A DNA stretch of 6,010 bases, taken from assembly GCF_006345805.1 (NCBI RefSeq), contig NW_021829535.1, positions 1-6,010 of the forward strand, read 5' to 3'. Each line of letters begins with the position of its first letter. Position 1 is the stretch's first letter. Positions 1 through 6,010 of this stretch are shown piece by piece. The notes below the pieces were generated by a model. It ran no database searches. It was not told where the DNA came from and saw nothing but the letters and a program-made list of their open reading frames with translations. A program made the position numbers and the translations under genes. The stretch is from Octopus sinensis (taxonomy: Eukaryota).

Positions 1-538
1 TAATTTAACTCACAAAAGTTTGGGGGTAATGACATCGAAAAATCACATGCTAAGGTATTCGAGAACGTACGTTTCAAGATTAGTCAAAACAACATTTCTA
101 TCATCGGCTCGGAAATTCCTTGTTTGGATTTGGAAATACTGAAAATAAGAACATACCTCTCGAAGATCTGCTCCCAACTAACAGTGTCAACAAATTCAAA
201 ATAAGCAAGCGAAGAATCTCTGTTCTCCCCTTTCCACCAGCGTGGGTTAACATCATCAAACTCTATGCTTATTTCGGTAAAGTCCGAAGCATTAATCAGA
301 GGGATTAATTATAATTTCAACAATTGAGGGGGCAAAATTAATTAATTATAATCATTTCACCAAGTGTTCAGTATGCAAAGGGACCATTCAAGGCGAATTC
401 AAATTATTACATTATATAAAGGGCTTAGTAAAATAAATACTTTGCCGCATACTGAACTCATTAGAAATAGCAGCTAAAAAACTTTTTTAAGGCTATTTCT
501 AATACTTAAAGAAATCTCTCTCATATATAGTGTTTGCA
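1..538 (+). repeat. Unit copy F1 (full, arbitrary phase)
   Basis: Aligns with 539-901 over its first ~360 bp and with the reverse complement of 1014-1557 over its full length. Confidence 0.95.
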
Positions 539-901
539 TAATTTAACTCACAAAAGTTTGGGGGTAATGACATCGAAAAATCAAATGCTAAGGTTATTCG
601 AGAACGTACGTTTCAAGATTAGTCAAAACAACATTTCTATCATCGGCTCGGAAATTCCTTGGTTTGGATTTGGAAATACTGAAAATAAGAACATACCCTC
701 TCGAAGATCTGCTCCCAACTAACAGTGTCAACAAATTCAAAATAAGCAAGCGAAGAATCTCTGTTCTCCCCTTTCCACCAGCGTGGGTTAACATCATCAA
801 ACTCTATGCTTATTTCGGTAAAGTCCGAAGCATTAATCAGAGGGAGATTAATTATAATTTCAACAATTGAGGGCAAAATTAATTAATTATTAATCAATTT
901 C
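539..901 (+). repeat. Unit copy F2 (partial, truncated at the inversion junction)
   Basis: Matches F1 up to ...TAATCAATTTC, then the sequence switches strand instead of continuing with ACCAAGTG. Confidence 0.95.
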
Positions 902-1777
902 CGAGCCGATGATAGAAATGTGTTTTGACTAATCTTGAAACGTACGTTCTCGAATAACCTTAGCATTTGATTTTTCGATGTCATTACCCCCAAACTTTTG
1001 TTGAGTTAAATTATGCAACACTATATATGAGAGAGATTTTCTTTAAGTATTAGAAATAGCCTTAAAAAAGTTTTTTAGCTGCTATTTCTAATGAGTTCAG
1101 TATGCGGCAAAGTAATTTATTTTACTAAGCCCTTTTATATAATGTAATATTTGAATTCGCCTTGAATGGTCCCTTTGCATACTGAACACTTGGTGAAATT
1201 GATTAATAATTAATTAATTTTGCCCTCAATTGTTGAAATTATAATTAATCTCCCTCTGATTAATGCTTCGGACTTTACCGAAATAAGCATAGAGTTTGAT
1301 GATGTTAACCCACGCTGGTGGAAAGGGGAGAACAGAGATTCTTCGCTTGCTTATTTTGAATTTGTTGACACTGTTAGTTGGGAGCAGATCTTCGAGTGGG
1401 TATGTTCTTATTTTCAGTATTTCCAAATCCAAACCAAGGAATTTCCGAGCCGATGATAGAAATGTTGTTTTGACTAATCTTGAAACGTACGTTCTCGAAT
1501 AACCTTAGCATTTGATTTTTCGATGTCATTACCCCCAAACTTTTGTGAGTTAAATTATGCAAACACTATATATGAGAGAGATTTTCTTTAAGTATTAGAA
1601 ATAGCCTTAAAAAAGTTTTTTAGCTGCTATTTCTAATGAGTTCAGTATGCGGCAAAGTAATTTATTTACAAGCCCTTTTATATAATGTAATAATTTGAAT
1701 TCGCTTGAATGGTCCCTTTGCATACTGAACACTTGGTGAAATTGATTAATAATTAATTAATTTTGCCTCAATTGTTG

Positions 1778-1785
<8 letters not shown>
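896..1785 (-). repeat. Inverted unit copies R1 (896-1013, partial), R2 (1014-1557, full), R3 (1558-1785, partial, ends in a (TA)n tract)
   Basis: Reverse complement of the F copies; 896-901 AATTTC is the reverse complement of GAAATT at 651-656; the last matching bases GTTGAAATTATA end at 1785. Confidence 0.95.
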
Positions 1786-1841
<56 letters not shown>

Positions 1842-1894
1842 TGTATGTATGTATGTATGTATGTATATATATATTGTATGTGTATATATATATA

Positions 1895-1945
<51 letters not shown>

Positions 1946-1968
1946 TGTGTGTGTGTGTGTGTGTGTAT
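1782..1968. repeat. Compound microsatellite (TA)n-(TATG)n-(TA)n-(TG)n
   Basis: Directly visible: TA ~1782-1813, TATG ~1812-1865, interrupted TA to ~1936, TG ~1945-1966. Confidence 0.98.
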
Positions 1969-2319
1969 ACATGTTATATGTATTTATGAGAATTTTTTTG
2001 CGTAATGAGATAAAAGGCTGTGAATTTTAGAATATCTATAAATAGAAGGTCTTACAGCGCTTTCCAGGATATTTTTTAATTATATCCCTTCATCGGAGAC
2101 GGTGCGAGAGGATAGTTAAAGTAATAGCTAATTTAGATAGGATAAAAAATAGAGAGTGAGGTGGAGGAAAGAAAATAGATGCAAGATATGCAGGGATATT
2201 GAATTTGTAGATCCATTATTTAGGCAGAATAGTATATATGTAAGATTCCAATACCTTATGAGTAAAATCCAACATTATTTAAAATTGGTCATTCCAGGTA
2301 TAGACTCTATACACAGTGC

Positions 2320-2391
2320 ATACATATATATGTATATATATATATGTGCGTGTGTGTATGTGAGTGTGTATATCTATATATGCGTATGTAT
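2320..2391. repeat. Degenerate TA/TG low-complexity tract
   Basis: Alternating TA/TG dinucleotides directly upstream of SINE A copy 1. Confidence 0.85.
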
Positions 2392-2607
2392 AGAAACCTT
2401 AGCACGCTGGGCGAAATGCGTAGCCGTATTTCGTCTGCCGTTACATTGTGAGTTCAAATTCCGCCGAGCTCGACTTTGCCTTTCATCCTTTCGGGGTCGA
2501 TAAATTGAATACCAGTTGCGCACTGGGGTCGATATAATCGACTTAATCCCCTTGTCTGTCCTTGTTTGTCCCCTCTGTGTTTAGCCCCTTGTGGGTAATA
2601 AAGAAAC
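2392..2607 (+). mobile_element. tRNA-derived SINE family A, slightly 5'-truncated copy, tail type 1
   Basis: Aligns with 4572-4790; B-box-like GAGTTCAAATTCC at 2450-2462; shared core GACTTTGCCTTTCATCCTTTCGGGGTCGATAAA and tail TGTCTGTCCTTGTTTGTCCCCTCTGTGTTTAGCCCCTTGTGGGTA. The core resembles, from memory, the conserved central domain of octopus SINEs and Sauria/Meta-type SINEs; family name unverified. Confidence 0.88.
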
Positions 2608-2639
<32 letters not shown>

Positions 2640-2915
2640 TATATATATATATATATATATATTTTATATATGTGTGTGTGTGTATGTGATTGTATATATA
2701 TATATATGTGTATGTATACACACACACATATATAATACATATATTTATATACATACATATATTTATATACATGCATGCATGTGCGCGCGCGCGTGTATAT
2801 TGGTAGATGTATATATTTTTAGTAAATGTAAACGTATGTCTGTTTGTCTCTGTGTCTGTATGTTTGTGTGTGCCTATGTTCATGCATGCTTGTATGTATA
2901 TGTATGCGTGCGTTT
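2608..2915. repeat. Compound/degenerate TA, TG, CA, GC microsatellite region
   Basis: (TA)n 2608-2665, (TG)n ~2669-2683, (GC)5G 2783-2793, degenerate TGTA/TGTC beyond. Confidence 0.9.
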
Positions 2916-2959
2916 CATGCTATAGCTTCGAAGTTACTTACGTCACAGTATACAAACAC

Positions 2960-3363
2960 GTGTAGGAGTGGCTGTGTGGTAAGTAGCTTGCTTCCCAACC
3001 ACATGGTTCCGGGTTCAGTCCCACTGCGTGGCATCTTGGGCAAGTGTCTTCTGCTATAGCCCCGGGCCGACCAATGCCTTGTGAGTGGATTTGGTAGACG
3101 GAAACTGAAAGAAGCCTGTCGTGTATATGTGTATATGTGTATGTGTGTGTGTCTGTGTTTGTCCCCCTAGCATTGCTTGACAACCGATGCTGGTGTGTTT
3201 ACGTCCCCGTTACTTAGCGGTTCGGCAAAAGAGACCGATAGAATAAGTACTGGGCTTACAAAGAATAAGTCCCGGGGGCGATTTGCCCGACTAAAGGCGG
3301 TGCTCCAGCATGGCCGCAGTCAAATGACTGAAACAAGTAAAAGAGTAAAGGAGTAAAAGAGTA
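2960..3363 (+). mobile_element. tRNA-derived SINE family B (CORE-SINE-like), apparently full length, with internal TG tract and 8-bp tandem tail
   Basis: A-box-like TGGCTGTGTGGT 2969-2980, B-box-like GGTTCAGTCCC 3012-3022, then CTTGGGCAAGT resembling the MIR/CORE motif; internal (TG/TA) tract ~3121-3160; 3' end AGTAAAAG-AGTAAAGG-AGTAAAAG-AGTA (3336-3363), typical of retroposon tails. Confidence 0.85.
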
Positions 3364-3439
3364 TAAGCACGCACGCGCGAACCTGTGCACACCCACACCC
3401 GTATACACGCGAATGATACTCCATGCATACACACAAACA

Positions 3440-3540
3440 CTCCTTCTCTTTCTCGTTTTCTCACATTCACTAACTCTCTCTCTCTCTGTTTTTCTGTCTC
3501 CCTCTCTCTCTTCCCGTCTCCGTCTCCTTCCTCTCATCCC
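3440..3540. repeat. Polypyrimidine (CT-rich) tract
   Basis: Nearly G-free and A-poor CT/TC-rich stretch. Confidence 0.85.
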
Positions 3541-3569
3541 ATACAAACAGGAGCTTGACCGCACTCAAA

Positions 3570-3981
3570 CATACACACACACTCACGCACACACATACAT
3601 CACTTTCAACAACTTACACATACTCGTATTCATACACACACACACACACACACACACATCAATTTCAACAGCTTACACATACTCGTATTCACACAACACA
3701 CACACTGGCACACACGCACACACTCACACAGACAGCCATACACACAGCCACACACACACACAGCCATACACACACACATACATCACTTTCAACAGCTTAC
3801 ACATACTCGTATTCACACACACACACACACGCGCACACAGATACACTCACACACAACCACACACACACACATACACGCACACACACACACACGCAAGCGC
3901 GTGCTTGTACTCCCTGTTTGTCTCTCTCCTCCTACGTATGTCACATATACATATACTCAGACATACACTCCTTCACCTACC

Positions 3982-4019
<38 letters not shown>

Positions 4020-4025
4020 TACACA

Positions 4026-4066
<41 letters not shown>

Positions 4067-4140
4067 ACACACACACCGACACACCTACATGCATATAAAC
4101 ACGCACTCTTGCCGTCCTGCACACACGCACACTTACATAC
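3570..4140. repeat. Long degenerate (CA)n region containing three copies of a 35-bp motif
   Basis: CA/CATA runs throughout; CATCA[C/A]TTTCAACA[A/G]CTTACACATACTCGTATTCA at 3598-3632, 3657-3691 and 3781-3815. Confidence 0.95.
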
Positions 4141-4143
4141 AAC

Positions 4144-4168
4144 CTCCGACTCCCCCTTTCTCTCATTG

Positions 4169-4212
<44 letters not shown>

Positions 4213-4295
4213 CCTCACTCTCTTTACCTTCCTCTCTCACTCTCTCCTGCTTTCTCCATCCTTCTCTCTTTCTCCCTTTCACCTTTTTCCACACA
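4144..4295. repeat. Polypyrimidine tract with a pure (TC)n core at 4179-4207
   Basis: Directly visible; followed by (TA)n at ~4319-4338. Confidence 0.93.
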
Positions 4296-4444
4296 ACTAT
4301 ACACCCATCACCCACTTAATATATATATATATATATATAAATATGTTTGTACTGCACTGAGGAGTCATATCCGTAGAAAGCAGCTGGCCAGATGAGTTTG
4401 CTACAAGAAATCAGGTAATGTCCCATTTATTAATCATTTAATAC

Positions 4445-4535
4445 GTGAATGTGCATGCGTGTGTACACGTGTGTGTATGTATGTGTGTGTGAGAGACAGA
4501 GAGTTTCTGTGTGTTTGTATGTGTTCGTTTTTGTG
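4445..4535. repeat. Degenerate (TG)n/(GA)n tract
   Basis: TG-rich alternation directly upstream of the composite SINE. Confidence 0.8.
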
Positions 4536-4557
4536 TCTTAATAGTCCTTCCCTAAAA

Positions 4558-5256
4558 GGCGGTGAGCTGGCCGAATTGTTAGCACGCCAGGCGAAATACT
4601 TTGCGGTAGTATTTCGTCTGCCGCTGCGTTCTGAGTTCAAATTCTGCCGAGGTCGACTTTGCCTTTCATCCTTTCGGGCTCAATAAATTAAGTACCGGTA
4701 ATCACTGGGTTCGATGTAATCGACTTAATCCGTTTGTCTGTCCTTGTTTGTCCTCTCTGTGTTTAGGCCCTTGTGGGTAGTAAAGAAATAGGTATTTCGC
4801 CTGCCGCTACGTTCTGAGTTCAAATTCCGCCGAGGTCGACTTAACCTTTCATCCTTTCGGAGTCGATTAAATAAGTACCAGTTACGCACTGGGGTCGATG
4901 TAATTGACTTAATCGTTTGTCTGTCCTTGTTTGTCCCCTCTATGTTTAGCCCCTTGTAGCTAAACATAGAGGGTCGATTAAATAAGTACCAACTACGCAC
5001 TGGGGTCGATATAATCGATTTAATCCGTTTGTCTGTCCTTGTTTGTCCTCTCTGTGTTTAGCCCCTTGTGTGTAGGAAAGAAATAGGTATTTCATTTGCC
5101 GCTACGTTCTGAGTTCAAATTCCACCGAGGTCGACTCTGCATTTCATCCTTTCGAGGTGGCTAAATTAAGTACCAGTTGCGTACTGGGACCCATCTAAAT
5201 GACTGGCCCTCTCCCCCAAAATGTCGGGCCTTGTGCCTAGAATAGAAAAGAGTATT
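4558..5256 (+). mobile_element. Composite SINE family A: head+body+tail1 (4558-4790), headless body+tail1 (4791-4957), short inverted insert (4959-4973), partial body+tail1 (4971-5085), headless body+tail2 (5086-5256)
   Basis: Head GGCGGTGAGCTGGCCGAATTGTTAGC with A-box-like 4568-4578; B-box-like motifs at 4633, 4816 and 5111; junction AAAGAAATA|GGTATTTC at 4790/4791 and 5085/5086; last unit has a different 3' tail (GACTGGCCCTCTCCCCCAAAATGTCGGGCCTTGTGCCTAGAATAGAAAAGAG). Confidence 0.88.
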
Positions 5257-5263
5257 ATATTAA

Positions 5264-5430
5264 GGCAACGAGCTGGCAGAATCGTTAGCACCTTGGACGA
5301 AATGCTTAGCGGTACTTCACCAGTCGCTACGAGGTCGACTTTGCCTTTCTTCCTTTCGGGGTCGATAAAATAAGTACCAGTTGAACACTGGTACTGATGT
5401 GATTGATTTGTTCTCTTCCCTCAAAGCTGC
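5264..5430 (+). mobile_element. SINE family A, more diverged copy with the B box deleted
   Basis: Head GGCAACGAGCTGGCAGAATCGTTAGC; GCTACG|AGGTCGAC at 5331/5332 lacks TTCTGAGTTCAAATTCCGCCG (21 nt) found in the sibling at 4812-4832; core CTTTGCCTTTCTTCCTTTCGGGGTCGATAAAATAAGTACCAG retained. 3' boundary approximate. Confidence 0.85.
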
Positions 5431-5481
5431 TGTCCTTGAGGAAACTTTTAAAGGCATTAAATCATATCATATTGAACGGGA

Positions 5482-5484
<3 letters not shown>

Positions 5485-5565
<81 letters not shown>
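5485..5565. repeat. Perfect (AGT)27 trinucleotide microsatellite
   Basis: 81 bp uninterrupted, followed by GGTTGTAGTAG. Confidence 0.98.
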
Positions 5566-5568
<3 letters not shown>

Positions 5569-5621
5569 TGTAGTAGAGGAATGTTCATTGCAAAAAATAG
5601 AGGTACACGTCTGAATGCAGA

Positions 5622-5850
5622 GTATGTACGCATGTATGTATTTATGTATGCATGTATGTGTGTATGTATTTATGTATGCATGTATGTATGTATGTATGTA
5701 TGTATGTATGTATGTATGCGTATATTTATGTGTATGTAACTATGTAAGCATGTACGTTTGTATGTTTGTATGTATGTTTGTATGTTTGTATGTATGTTTG
5801 TATGTTTGTATGTATATTTGTATGCATGTATATATGTATGCATGCATATA
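5622..5850. repeat. Degenerate (TATG)n tetranucleotide microsatellite with TTTG/CATG variants
   Basis: Directly visible 4-bp periodicity. Confidence 0.95.
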
Positions 5851-6010
5851 TAATTTTATAGATTAGATTAATAAGATTAAGCGTTACACATTGTCGACTC
5901 CATTATTCAATGAACATTCGTTGTATTCATATTAGTTTTACGCTGAGATAACACAGACCGCCGCCATTAGTTTTCATGTTTTGCCGATTTCCAAGCCATG
6001 GGTTTCGTAA

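Larger units (their letters stand above)
1..1785. repeat. Tandem-plus-inverted array of an AT-rich ~540-544 bp unit (satellite-like, family unidentified); runs off the left edge of the window
   Basis: TAATTTAACTCACAAAAGTTTGGGGG starts at 1 and 539; its reverse complement ends at 1013 (with one extra T) and 1557. Period 538 on + and 544 on - (CCGAGCCGAT at 901 and 1445). Copies are near-identical apart from mostly single-base indels. Confidence 0.97.

Noticed and set aside
1286-1325. Hammerhead-like words TTGATGA...CAC-GCTG-GTG-GAAA in the unit (retrozyme hypothesis)
   Set aside because: Core is TTGATGA rather than CTGANGA, about 8 extra nt separate it from the putative stem II, and no stems I/III were found. 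An Infernal ribozyme scan would settle it.
1397-1417. GTATGT...TTTTCAG mini-intron-like motif in the unit
   Set aside because: Only 18 nt between GT and AG, far below animal spliceosomal intron size; likely chance.
120-1562. ORFs of 62-78 aa repeated on both strands in the 540-bp unit (e.g. MPSIVEII... at 640-876 minus and 1220-1456 plus)
   Set aside because: They recur only because the DNA repeats; several rely on non-ATG starts, overlap in multiple frames, and match no family I recognise. A small peptide cannot be excluded without homology or Ribo-seq data.
2960-3030. tRNA gene at the A/B-box motifs (also 4558-4645)
   Set aside because: No complete cloverleaf; the boxes continue into SINE core and tail sequence.
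3598-3815. CRISPR-like look: three ~35-bp repeats with spacers
   Set aside because: Spacers are CA microsatellite of unequal length (24 and 89 bp), no cas genes, eukaryotic context.
2392-5430. All SINE copies lie on the + strand
   Set aside because: Only about four independent insertions; same orientation has a 1-in-8 chance, not significant.
1746-5866. YI/YV/CV/HT/TH/poly-V ORFs, including the 315-aa and 254-aa ORFs at 3413-4360 and 3555-4319
   Set aside because: Direct translations of TA, TATG, TG, CA, CT and AGT microsatellites, which lack stop codons in these frames.
5867-6010. Unique sequence at the right edge (and 1990-2320)
   Set aside because: No recognisable motif, ORF or repeat match within the window; left unannotated.

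Overview
Eukaryotic (animal) non-coding DNA made almost entirely of repeats; no credible protein-coding gene, rRNA, tRNA gene or CRISPR array. Three layers: (1) 1-1785, an AT-rich ~540-544 bp unit in tandem that flips orientation at a 6-bp microhomology (AATTTC, 896-901), giving a large interrupted palindrome; (2) two tRNA-derived Pol III SINE families, all on the + strand (family A at 2392-2607, a composite at 4558-5256 and 5264-~5430; family B, CORE-like, at ~2960-3363); (3) abundant microsatellites (TA, TATG, TG/CA, CT, AGT). The SINE sequences and microsatellite load resemble octopus/cephalopod genomes (recalled, not verified by search). The most notable signal is three separate fold-back/template-switch signatures at different scales (the ~0.6 kb-arm inversion, a 15-bp inverted insert at 4936-4973, a 4-nt palindrome-perfecting substitution at 5392-5395), plus an unidentified, internally structured ~540 bp tandem unit. 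The ORFs in the track are best explained as by-products of repeats.
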